64,000 bases of DNA. Source: a virus. Taxonomy: Duplodnaviria; Caudoviricetes. Position 1 is the stretch's first letter. Each line of letters begins with the position of its first letter. Below are positions 19,360 to 30,020 of the stretch, in pieces. The DNA is taken from the IMG/VR virus record IMGVR_UViG_3300012665_000817, positions 25,340-89,339 of that record. The stretch is one strand, 5' to 3'. The notes under the pieces are model-generated. The model did no database searches and was not told where the DNA came from. It saw only the letters and a program-made list of their open reading frames with translations. The position numbers and the translations under genes are program-made.

Positions 19360-19923
19360 GTGAGCAGTAAAAACTGGTCTGACTTAATTAAGGATGCTGG
19401 TGAAACTGGCAGTTACGAACCGCTACCTGACGGTGATTTTGATCTATTGGTAGTAGAAGCAACTGCAACAACATCGCAGTCTGGTAAGACAATGTTCAAG
19501 CTAAAGGCACAGGTTGAAGGTGGACCTTACAACAAGCGTCTTGTCTGGGATAACTTGGTTGTAACACCAGAAAGTCCTGCAGCACTTGGTATGTTGTTTA
19601 AGAAGTTCCATGCAATGGGTATTGGTCGTAGCTACTTCGACACAAACCCAACTAACGCTCAGATTGAGGCAACTCTTACTGGTCGTAGATTCCGTGCACA
19701 GATTGGCAGCCGTATGTATAACGGAGCCAAGAAGAACGAGATCCGTAACTACTTCCCAAGCGCAGCAACCATTGCAGCAATGCAAGGTGACACTGCAGCT
19801 CCTGCTCAAGCAGCAGCACCAGCTCCAGCGTCTCCACCTCCAGCAGCAGCACCAGCTCCTGCTCCAGCACCAGTAGCAGCAGCACCAGCTCCTGCTCCAG
19901 CAGCACCGTCTGCACCGTTCTAA
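19360..19923 (+). CDS. DUF669-like ssDNA-binding protein
   Basis: YEPLPDGDF.L.V.EA....SQSGKTMFKL...VWDNLV OB-like core with an Ala/Pro tail ending PF. Confidence 0.75.
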   Translation: MSSKNWSDLIKDAGETGSYEPLPDGDFDLLVVEATATTSQSGKTMFKLKAQVEGGPYNKRLVWDNLVVTPESPAALGMLFKKFHAMGIGRSYFDTNPTNAQIEATLTGRRFRAQIGSRMYNGAKKNEIRNYFPSAATIAAMQGDTAAPAQAAAPAPASPPPAAAPAPAPAPVAAAPAPAPAAPSAPF

Positions 19924-19932
19924 TAAAGTTCG

Positions 19933-19966
19933 TTGGGGGGCTGCTCAAGACAGGGCAGCCTCCTAA
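19933..19966 (+). terminator. 14-bp GC-rich hairpin after SSB (terminator or stabilising stem)
   Basis: TTGGGGGGCTGCTC-AAGACA-GGGCAGCCTCCTAA pairs fully, with 3 G-U pairs. There is no classical U-tract. Confidence 0.5.
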
Positions 19967-19984
19967 TAACTAACAAGGAGAAAA

Positions 19985-21013
19985 ATGAAAGTATTAGTTA
20001 CAGGATTTACAGCATCTCAGTGCTCTGAGAATGCTAATAATCGTCTGTCTACTTTTACTGGATTGTTTAAGAATGCTTTAGATGAACTTCAGTGCGATGT
20101 AACTTGGGAAAAACCACAGCTCTACATGAGCAAAGAATATTTAGATCAATATGACTTAATCATAGTCGGGCTTGCTTCTCCACACAGCGTTTCAGCTAAC
20201 TATGTGTACGCTGGCCTTTGGGTAGCTAGTCAAGCAAAAGATCTAGGGAAGCTAAGACTACTAATCGATGCACCAGACCCATATTGGATCTGGTCTGGAA
20301 TTAGAGACTGTAACGACAACCCACAAAAACTTTTTAAATCTTTTTATGATAGAAGACACAACTATTTTGAGGCTCAAGACAGTAAGTACGCCGAACCTAT
20401 CTATCGATTTATCCAACACCTTTATAACGAGCAGTGGGGTAAAACTATTGTCCCAAGCATGCCGTGGTTCTCTAGAGAGGTTGTATCTAACTCTATTAAG
20501 AATCTACAGACTGAAGATGTTGTAGGTATTTGTTATGACAGAGAGCTTATTGACGCTTCTATAGATCGTATAGATCCCTCATATGGCACATACTGGTGTG
20601 CTGATGCTCCTAAAAGCGATTGGACTAAGAAGGTAGTAAAAACTTTAGCTTCAGAAGTAGTGCCAGTACGAGTTCACAAGTATGATAAGAATAGCGAGAT
20701 TCTAAGTCGCATAGAGAACTCTATGGGAACTTTGATTAGTACATATAAAAATAACGACCCTTGGTGGTCTATAGCGATATCTCAATCGATTGCGGTTGGA
20801 GTTCCTGTAGTTACTGATTGGCGTCATACATCTTGGGTAGGAGCAGAATGGGCGTTTTTACCTTCAACAGTGGAAGAGATGAGCCCGAGTCAGCGGCTTA
20901 TCATGGCACAAAGTCAGAAAGATTTTTACAGAGATGCCACTCCCTCACGGGAGGAATCTTTGCAAAAAACAGCAGAGGCACTGGACAACCAGAGCTTGCT
21001 GTCAGTAATCTAG
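19985..21013 (+). CDS. GT-B fold (T4 beta-glucosyltransferase-like) protein
   Basis: The spacing of MKVLVTG / LFKNALDEL.CDV / YDLIIVG / LRLLID and the C-terminal NSMGTLI..Y....WWS...SQSIAVGVPVVTD parallels the BGT-type GT-B layout. The resemblance is remote and judged by eye. Confidence 0.45.
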   Translation: MKVLVTGFTASQCSENANNRLSTFTGLFKNALDELQCDVTWEKPQLYMSKEYLDQYDLIIVGLASPHSVSANYVYAGLWVASQAKDLGKLRLLIDAPDPYWIWSGIRDCNDNPQKLFKSFYDRRHNYFEAQDSKYAEPIYRFIQHLYNEQWGKTIVPSMPWFSREVVSNSIKNLQTEDVVGICYDRELIDASIDRIDPSYGTYWCADAPKSDWTKKVVKTLASEVVPVRVHKYDKNSEILSRIENSMGTLISTYKNNDPWWSIAISQSIAVGVPVVTDWRHTSWVGAEWAFLPSTVEEMSPSQRLIMAQSQKDFYRDATPSREESLQKTAEALDNQSLLSVI

Positions 21014-21039
21014 GCACATCTGTCAGAAAGGACATTAAG

Positions 21040-21480
21040 ATGCCAGAAGTAGATATGAACTGGGTTAAACAACAACTCACAGATAACAAAACTAAGAGGG
21101 TGGTTGGTGATTCTGTCATCAAACTTCTCAACGCTTGGACTGAGATTAAAAATACAGACCCAGATCCAGATAAGGATCAAGCAAACCTAAGTCAAGTTAT
21201 CGAGCTATTCAGCAAGATTGCCCTTGGTCATGCCATTGTAAAAGAAAATAAAAACGAAAACTGGGTACCAGCACAGTCTGGTCAATTAGTTATTGCCGAT
21301 GAAGTTCGTGTTAAGTGGAATGCCTTTGATGGTGATAAGGGTAAGATCCACAATGGTCGTCGTGGAAAGATTGTAAGTATTAGATACGGCGACATTATTG
21401 TAAAAACAACAGACGGTAAGGAGCCTCTACTAGATGGGTTCCACTACACTCCACAACAACTAGAGAAAAGAGTTCCATAA
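21040..21480 (+). CDS. hypothetical protein with C-terminal SH3/KOW-like domain
   Basis: ATG 21040 has an AAAGGA SD. The C-terminus reads DEVRVK...HNGRRGKIVSIRYGDIIVK. Confidence 0.65.
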   Translation: MPEVDMNWVKQQLTDNKTKRVVGDSVIKLLNAWTEIKNTDPDPDKDQANLSQVIELFSKIALGHAIVKENKNENWVPAQSGQLVIADEVRVKWNAFDGDKGKIHNGRRGKIVSIRYGDIIVKTTDGKEPLLDGFHYTPQQLEKRVP

Positions 21481-21701
21481 TGAAAACTGTCCATGTAAAG
21501 TCTTTAGTGAGCTCTACAACCTACAAGGGTCTTATAGCTGAAGCTGAAAAAAAGCTTTGTAATTTTTTTGAAATTGAGTTAGAAGAACTTAAAAATAAAG
21601 TAAACTATGAAATAACAGTGTACGAAAGCTCTAATGATGGCGTTACTCTTCCAATTTTTACTGGAGAAGTTTCCGCAAGATTGAGAAACTCACATGACTA
21701 A
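21480..21701 (+). CDS. hypothetical protein
   Basis: 73 aa, with coupled overlaps on both sides. Confidence 0.6.
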   Translation: MKTVHVKSLVSSTTYKGLIAEAEKKLCNFFEIELEELKNKVNYEITVYESSNDGVTLPIFTGEVSARLRNSHD

Positions 21702-22014
21702 TGAAAATGAATACCTCAAACAAGTAACAGATACTCCTCATCGGGTTGAAGCTCTTAGAGAAGCAGCTAGGATCACTACACAGGATAGAAATGCTAATTA
21801 TGGCGGTCCAGAAGAGAATTTTACACGGACAGCTAGGATTTGGTCTGTAATTCTTGGACACGAGATTACCAATGAGCAGGTAGCGATGATGATGGTTGGA
21901 CTTAAGATGGCACGATTTGCTCATGGCTCTGGGTTTCAACCAGATACATGGATTGATATTGCTGGCTATGCTGGCTGCGGCTACGAAGTCGGGAAGATTG
22001 CATCGGAGCAGTAA
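21694..22014 (+). CDS. DUF6378 protein (all-alpha nucleotide pyrophosphohydrolase-like)
   Basis: LREAA.....DRNANYGGPEENF.RTA.IWS...VAMMMVGLKMAR....DTWIDIAGYAGC. Confidence 0.75.
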   Translation: MTNENEYLKQVTDTPHRVEALREAARITTQDRNANYGGPEENFTRTARIWSVILGHEITNEQVAMMMVGLKMARFAHGSGFQPDTWIDIAGYAGCGYEVGKIASEQ

Positions 22015-22057
22015 GAGTAGACTAGAGCCATATAAAACTACTTGAAGGTAGGAGAAG

Positions 22058-22357
22058 ATGGCCGCAGAGCCCGTCATAAGCCCTATGCCAGTATGCGAAG
22101 CGTGCTGGCTAGAAAACCACACTAAGTGGGAGCCTGAGAGTGTGGACGAAAAAGGTAAAATCCTTATGCGTCTTAAAGGGGTAGATGTCCCAGAAAAAGT
22201 AAATAGTGGCTCTGTTGAGGTTTGTGTTATGTGTGGGAACATAACAGTTGCAGGGATATTTGAATTAAAACTTACAGATGAAGTGTATTTTATTAAAGAG
22301 CTTTACCAAGAAACCTTTGAGATTCCTCTAGATACTACAGAAGAAGATCCAAACTAA
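22058..22357 (+). CDS. hypothetical zinc-ribbon protein
   Basis: CEAC...CVMC and an AGGAG SD. Confidence 0.6.
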   Translation: MAAEPVISPMPVCEACWLENHTKWEPESVDEKGKILMRLKGVDVPEKVNSGSVEVCVMCGNITVAGIFELKLTDEVYFIKELYQETFEIPLDTTEEDPN

Positions 22358-22367
22358 GGAGTCATAA

Positions 22368-22703
22368 ATTAAAGACGAAAGACATGGTCAGCATCTCTGG
22401 TCTGAGTGGGGTGGGAGTGGCTACAGCGAACAGCTCACAGCCTCGACTGTTTACTACACTTTTGACCACGTTGATCTAGAAAATGACTTAGTGCGAAGAG
22501 CTCTTGCCTCGGCTTTACAGAGAGACGGTGTTGCAGTTTCCTTAGGTGATGGATTTAATATGATAGATAAAGCAACTCCAGTACATGGATGGTCGGGGTT
22601 AATTGATGAAGAGCTCGAATTTACCGTATGTGATGACTCTGGAGAGACAGAGTATGGAGATATTGTAGGGGTAGCACTCGCAACGACATGGATAGAAATA
22701 TAG
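22368..22703 (+). CDS. hypothetical protein, apparent ATT start (111 aa)
   Basis: The frame is open from 22368, straight after an in-frame TAA. AAGGAG lies 6 nt upstream of the ATT. The track's GTG at 22491 has no SD. Confidence 0.5.
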   Translation: MKDERHGQHLWSEWGGSGYSEQLTASTVYYTFDHVDLENDLVRRALASALQRDGVAVSLGDGFNMIDKATPVHGWSGLIDEELEFTVCDDSGETEYGDIVGVALATTWIEI

Positions 22704-22706
22704 TAG

Positions 22707-22754
22707 ATAGTCTATAGTAGAGCGGTTTTATAGTCTATAGTCTAAAATAGTCTA
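22707..22754 (+). promoter_or_regulatory. four ATAGTCTA copies and a TAAAAT -10 box upstream of whiB
   Basis: ATAGTCTA at 22707, 22730, 22737 and 22747. TAAAAT at 22743-22748 lies 7 nt before the ATG, and there is no SD. Confidence 0.5.
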
Positions 22755-22755
22755 T

Positions 22756-23235
22756 ATGTGGAAACCAGCTGATAACCTAGAGTGGCAGAAAGATGCATCC
22801 TGCGCTGATCCTAAAAATAAAGAATCTGTTGACTGGTTCTTTTCTACGGATTCAGTAAAGAAATATGCAGCTAAAAATATGTGTTTCGAGTGCCCTGTTA
22901 GATCTCAGTGTCTGCAGTGGGCTTTAGAGCATAGACAAATCTGGGGCATCTGGGGAGGAAGAGATGAAGTTGACATCCGTAGAACTCTATCCGTATCCTA
23001 CAACGGTGAAGAAACAAAAAGAAGAAGAGTACCTAATTGTCCATATTGCACTGCTCGTCCTTCTAAGCTTGATACTTCTATAGAAGAACTACCAAACGGT
23101 GGTAGATGGACAACAGCAAAAATTGTTACATGTACAGAATGTAACTTTTCATGGAGAAGCAGAACAAGTGCAAATGCTATTGAAGCTTATAAAGAAGAAA
23201 AACTACAAAAAACTAAGACAAATAAAAAGAAATAG
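22756..23235 (+). CDS. whiB: WhiB-family Fe-S transcription factor with C-terminal zinc ribbon
   Basis: WQKDASC...C..C.VRSQC..WAL...WGIWGG, followed by CPYC...CTEC. Confidence 0.92.
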   Translation: MWKPADNLEWQKDASCADPKNKESVDWFFSTDSVKKYAAKNMCFECPVRSQCLQWALEHRQIWGIWGGRDEVDIRRTLSVSYNGEETKRRRVPNCPYCTARPSKLDTSIEELPNGGRWTTAKIVTCTECNFSWRSRTSANAIEAYKEEKLQKTKTNKKK

Positions 23236-24733
23236 GGTTTTTTAAATCTATCTCAAAGGGCATGTTTTGATTTAATAAATCTCTTTCTACATTTTCTTTA
23301 AAATACTCGTAGTGTCCTTTAGCATAATCATACATATCAAACTGTATAAGCTCTTCTTTTGCAAGATTAGGATCAATAAGGTTTAAACCAGCTAAAGTCC
23401 ACTTCCAAAGATCATTAGCTCCCCATTGTTCGTCGGAAGCAAATAAAAATGTTGGAATTTTACTTTTTGCTTTTTCAATATAATTTTTTACTGTAGGAGT
23501 TACTAGATTTTCATTCTTGATGTATCTCCAAAATTCGGAGTCTTCTCGACCACCCTGATAATGGAGAACTGTAAAATCTAATAGATTCTCATACATTTTT
23601 ATAATATTGTTATTATAATTTTTAATGTTTGCTTCAGTAACAGTGGTCTCAGGTTTACTTGTTAAATGTTCCAAACAAAACGAGTAAACCTGAGCAATTG
23701 TTGCATGAATAGATGTAGCCTCTAGTGGTTCAATAAATGAACTTGCTAGACCAGTAACTAGACAGTTATTCTTCCAAACTTCTTCTAAACGACCAGATTC
23801 AAACTTAAGATGATTAATTGGTACTATAGGATGTCCCATAATTTTTTCAGCTTCGTCTTGAGCCTCGTCTTCAGACATAAAACTACTACTGTAGACATAG
23901 CCGCAACCTTTTCTACTCGAAAGAGGTGTACGCCACATCCAACCTGATGAAAGCGCTTCTGCTTCAGTCACTGGTTGTATTTTTTCACCTTCTTCATACT
24001 GAACAAGGAATGGCATAGCTCTATCGACAGGAAGATAGTCTTTATATGAGTGCCATTTAATCTCTAACTTTTTAGCTAATATTCTTTGCATACCAGTACA
24101 GTCTACAAAAAAATCTCCCTCTAAAATAGAATCATCTTCAAGTAAGACCCCACTGATATTTCCATTAGATTTTATTTCTACATCTTTAATAATTGAATCT
24201 ACAAATTTAACATTGTAGTATTCAACTAAGTAATCTTTAATATACTTCCCTACTTTAAAAGCATCAAAGTGAAGTCCGTAGTCTCTATTATTTAGGAATT
24301 TATTACTGTTATAAGCTTGACCTGCTGGTGTGCAAAGATAAGCTTTATCTATTCCGTACTCAGAAATAACATAATTAAAAAGATGATCTGGCGAGTTTTT
24401 TGTTGTTACAGATCCTACAACTGGAGCAAAATATGATCCTTTATCTTTTGCCCAGTTTATGTGTTTTAAGGCGTACTTTGGTATAGCATCTGTTTTATTT
24501 ATAAAATCTGCAATGTCCATCTCTTTATTGTTAGGTAGTAATTTTCTATTATTATAAAAAAAGTTTCCACTTAATATATCAATAATCAAACCACTAGAAG
24601 CTTCTCCAGCTCCAATAATCCCGATTTTAGAGGACTCGACAACCGTTATATTGTGTTGATAAGGGTTACTTTGTGAGATTATGAAAGCAGACAGCCACCC
24701 GGCTGTCCCGCCCCCACATATAACTATGTTCAA
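23213..24733 (-). CDS. flavin-dependent (tryptophan) halogenase-family protein
   Basis: GGGTAG FAD motif, GAGEA, K-YALKHINW (RebH K79 position), WMWRTP and FIEPLEATS. TTG start overlapping the upstream TGA. Confidence 0.88.
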   Translation of the reverse strand: MNIVICGGGTAGWLSAFIISQSNPYQHNITVVESSKIGIIGAGEASSGLIIDILSGNFFYNNRKLLPNNKEMDIADFINKTDAIPKYALKHINWAKDKGSYFAPVVGSVTTKNSPDHLFNYVISEYGIDKAYLCTPAGQAYNSNKFLNNRDYGLHFDAFKVGKYIKDYLVEYYNVKFVDSIIKDVEIKSNGNISGVLLEDDSILEGDFFVDCTGMQRILAKKLEIKWHSYKDYLPVDRAMPFLVQYEEGEKIQPVTEAEALSSGWMWRTPLSSRKGCGYVYSSSFMSEDEAQDEAEKIMGHPIVPINHLKFESGRLEEVWKNNCLVTGLASSFIEPLEATSIHATIAQVYSFCLEHLTSKPETTVTEANIKNYNNNIIKMYENLLDFTVLHYQGGREDSEFWRYIKNENLVTPTVKNYIEKAKSKIPTFLFASDEQWGANDLWKWTLAGLNLIDPNLAKEELIQFDMYDYAKGHYEYFKENVERDLLNQNMPFEIDLKNPISFYLS

Positions 24734-25815
24734 TCTTTTTCTTTTTCTTCTTCTTCTAAACTAGACTTCATTAAGCAATAATCTAGATTATTTTTTAATC
24801 TTTCATTACTTGGTTCTAAATCGTAAGCTTGCTGAGCATATTCCGCTGCTTCTTTATAGAGTCCTAGATTGTAGGAAGCTATAGCTGCATAGTCATAGGG
24901 TGCAGCTCCCCAAGCGTCTGCTTCACAAAGATACTCGAGAGGTTTTTCAGTAATAGCTAACGCTTCTTTAGCGGTCTCTAAAGAGTTAGTCCAATCATTT
25001 CTTTCATAATAAAGCTTTGCAAGATCTACCCAAGGCTCTCTGCGACCAGGTGCTTGTATGATTGCTTTTCTAAACCAAATCTCTGCTTCTTCTGGAAGTG
25101 ATTTACCAATAAAACGCATGGATGCGGCACGCTCTGGTGCCCAATGAGCTGTTGGTAGATCTAAATGGCGCTTAAGCTCTCTAGCTGCTTCTTCATTCTG
25201 TCCATAAAAGTACAACTCTCGACCATAATAAAACGCATTGCGATCATTGTATGGATCTTCTTTAACTGAAAGTGCAAGAAGCGGTAAATATTGAGCACGA
25301 GACTTGCTTGGATCAGGGTGGTGATGAGTTTCAAGACCATCTGTCCATTCTTGTTTCTCCTCAATCCCGTAGCTATACAGACACTCGTGAACTGGGTGAC
25401 GCCATCTATAGCCCTTGCGAGCATGGATGTGGTCGTAGCTAAATTCGAGACCAGGAGTTCCATCATCATTAAATGACCAAATATGCTTATATCGTGGTCG
25501 TGTTACTCCTCGACTCCATAGCTCTTCAAGAACTGGTTTCCAGTTAGGAGTAATAACTTCATCCATATCCAAAGAGATACACATGTCAATGTCTTCAGGC
25601 AAAAGTGCTAGTGCAGCATTCCGTGCATCATCAAATCTCCAAGGCATGTTTTTAATACTATGAACTACGATCCCAAGCTCTCTAGCACGTTCTACAGTGC
25701 CGTCTGTTGATCCAGTATCTGCAATCATTAAGTAGTCAGCATCTTTAGATGCCTCGAACCACTTATCGACAAACTGACGTTCATTAAGAGCAATTGTGTA
25801 AATAGCTACTTTCAT
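24730..25815 (-). CDS. GT2 glycosyltransferase with C-terminal TPRs
   Basis: ADTGSTDGT, RFDDARNAAL, DxD motif LDMDE and HPVHE, followed by helical TPR-like repeats. Confidence 0.9.
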   Translation of the reverse strand: MKVAIYTIALNERQFVDKWFEASKDADYLMIADTGSTDGTVERARELGIVVHSIKNMPWRFDDARNAALALLPEDIDMCISLDMDEVITPNWKPVLEELWSRGVTRPRYKHIWSFNDDGTPGLEFSYDHIHARKGYRWRHPVHECLYSYGIEEKQEWTDGLETHHHPDPSKSRAQYLPLLALSVKEDPYNDRNAFYYGRELYFYGQNEEAARELKRHLDLPTAHWAPERAASMRFIGKSLPEEAEIWFRKAIIQAPGRREPWVDLAKLYYERNDWTNSLETAKEALAITEKPLEYLCEADAWGAAPYDYAAIASYNLGLYKEAAEYAQQAYDLEPSNERLKNNLDYCLMKSSLEEEEKEKD

Positions 25816-25817
25816 TT

Positions 25818-26402
25818 TTACCCTATCTTCCTAAACCAGCGCTGATAACCTTTAAGTATTTCCACTACTCTATCACCATATATGTTGCTAAACGCATCGA
25901 TTGCCATTTTTGGCTCTTTTCTAACCCCTAAACCAGCAGACCATTCATAGTCGTCAAAGCCAATAATGCCTCCAACTTCTAAGCATTCATATGCGGCAAC
26001 TGCATCTTTAAGGACACCATAAGCGGTATGGTCACCATCGACATATATAAAATTAAACTTTTCAGTATTAGATCTAAAGAACTCGTCGCTAGTGCCTTTG
26101 AACTTAATAATCTTTCCGTCTTCCAATCCTTCTGCGACTTTTTCATCATATAAGGACTCCACGGTCTGCCAATTCATTTTATGGTGAACAGGCTCGTCGG
26201 AACCCTCCCATGTATCAATATCTACTAAAACAGAGTTTGAATTCTTAAGTAGGTTCTCATAGATCCAAAGAGATGCATCCCCCGTGTATGCCCCAACTTG
26301 TAGATACTTAGCTGGCTTACCCGGAACGTAGTTTTTTAAAAGAAATGTAGCAAAATTTGTCTGTCCATCATTCTTAAACCAATTTACATAATCTTCAGTC
26401 AT
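25818..26402 (-). CDS. class I SAM methyltransferase (Methyltransf_24-like)
   Basis: LQVGAYTGDAS, DIDTWEGS, FIYVDGDH and GGIIGFDDY. Confidence 0.88.
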   Translation of the reverse strand: MTEDYVNWFKNDGQTNFATFLLKNYVPGKPAKYLQVGAYTGDASLWIYENLLKNSNSVLVDIDTWEGSDEPVHHKMNWQTVESLYDEKVAEGLEDGKIIKFKGTSDEFFRSNTEKFNFIYVDGDHTAYGVLKDAVAAYECLEVGGIIGFDDYEWSAGLGVRKEPKMAIDAFSNIYGDRVVEILKGYQRWFRKIG

Positions 26403-26428
26403 TTTATCTCTTTTCGTTATATGAGGAT

Positions 26429-27987
26429 CTATCCTGAAATGATATATCTTTTTTGCCCTTTCATAGGCATATTGACTATTTTTACATCCCCTCCTTGAAC
26501 ACTTAAAGTACTCGTATAGTCATTAGCCAGACCAGTAGTGTATAGGATTGATTGAGAATTAGCTAGTATCCATCTCTTTATCTGACTTGGGGTCCAGTCT
26601 GGATACACTTGCTTAAGTAGGGCGCATATGCCAGCTACCTGAGGAGATGCCATAGATGTACCACCAATTACTGCTTGTTTATATGAAGCATTTAGGTAGT
26701 ATGCACTAGTAGACGCTCCATGTTCGTTTGTAGTGCTCATAGCACTCATAATTCTTTCTCCAGCTGCATAAATATCTACTGCTGGACCGCAAACGCTAAA
26801 ACTACTTCTGGCTTCCGTTGTTGAGACAAAAGCGGTTCCTATGGAACCGACATCAAAACCATCACCGCTACCGCAGTTAGGAGATGACCCTCTGTGGTAG
26901 TAAATATTCCCTAGGCTTGTTACTGTTATAAAGTTATTATAATCTACTCCGCCAGAAACATCAGCTTTCATACCAGTATTTCCAGCAGCGTTACATACAA
27001 TAACTCCTGCTGCAATTAATAAACTTACATCTGCATCTATAGAAGGAATATTGTATTCAAAAGCATATAAGTTTGCTCCCTGCTGATCTCCAGTATGTCC
27101 TTTAGCAGTGTCTTTAGTGGTTCCAGACCAAGGAGTTCCTCTATAAGAACCACCAGTTATTGAAAAATAATTTACTTGATTTTGACTCATTTGATTTAAA
27201 GATGTATCCCAGTAAATGTTGTATCCCCAGCTATTATTAATAACAGTAGGTCTTCCATTTGTTTTTGCGTTGTGCCAGCCCAGAATGCAGTCAAAAGCAT
27301 CAAATGTGCTTATTCCGCCATTAGGGTCTGTTGTACCTTGAAGTCCGCTAAGTTTAATAGAATATATATTTGCATTTTTAGCCCAGCCAAATGTCTTACC
27401 AGCCACTGTTGCGGCAACGTGGGTTCCATGTCCATCGTAATCTGTGTAATGTGCTGTTGGCATGGTTCCAGGAACACCACTGGCTGTATACCAATTTATT
27501 TGTTGAACCCTACTTGCCCCAGAAGCATCTTGAAACTCTGGATGATCTGCCTGAATACCGCTGTCAATAATAACTACATCTACACCAGTGCCGTCTAATA
27601 CATAGTCATATGTTCCGCCTGGATCTGCAGTGCTTGTTCCAAAAACATTAGTAGCAGACGTGTGACGAAGCAAGCCCCAGTTTTGCTTTTCCCCAGATGA
27701 GGTGGTTGTTTTGTTAAAAGCTCCATCTTGAAAAGCAAATTTACTAGGTACAAGATCTTCTAGATTTGCTACCTCTTGGACCCGTGGATCTTCTTTTAGT
27801 TTTTGTGCTTCTTCTTCAGTAAGTAGGTAGACGGTATTTCTAGGGTTTACTGCTCTTTCATTCGCTACTTCTACAACTCTACTTGGAATAGTGTCTACAG
27901 TTGAAGAGCTACTTAGTAGATCATCCCACAGGGAGTCTGTTTGCTCTATACCCTCTGTAGTTACCGTGTAAGGATATAGTTCACTCA

Positions 27988-27988
<1 letters not shown>
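26429..27988 (-). CDS. S8 subtilisin-like serine protease with I9-like propeptide
   Basis: Catalytic triad IIDSG, DGHGTHVA and GTSMASP, plus oxyanion AAGN. N-terminal LTEEEAQKLKEDPRV. No signal peptide. Confidence 0.92.
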
Positions 27989-29777
<1,789 letters not shown>

Positions 29778-29778
<1 letters not shown>

Positions 29779-30020
29779 TATTGACCACCCTCTACTAAAG
29801 AAACTTTTCCTTCATAGCAGCAGTGATCTGCTCCTTCAAGAGTTTCTACAGCTGTATTGTACACACCTTCAAGAAAATCTTCACGACCAGTTGCCCACAC
29901 TACGTCCGAGACTAGTACCGTCTTATTTTCAGAGATATTTTTAATAGTTAAGTTAAGTAAAGGAGCGTTTTCGCTTTCCTCTACTTTCCACTGAAAGTTT
30001 CCTACGGTTTCCATCATCAT
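29778..30020 (-). CDS. hypothetical protein (80 aa)
   Basis: Translationally coupled on both sides. Confidence 0.6.

Noticed and set aside
20818-21039. N-terminal extension of the 220-aa ORF
   Set aside because: It overlaps the upstream gene by about 195 bp. ATG 21040 has its own SD.
21658-22242. 194-aa minus-strand ORF
   Set aside because: Antisense to DUF6378 and its neighbour, which are well supported.
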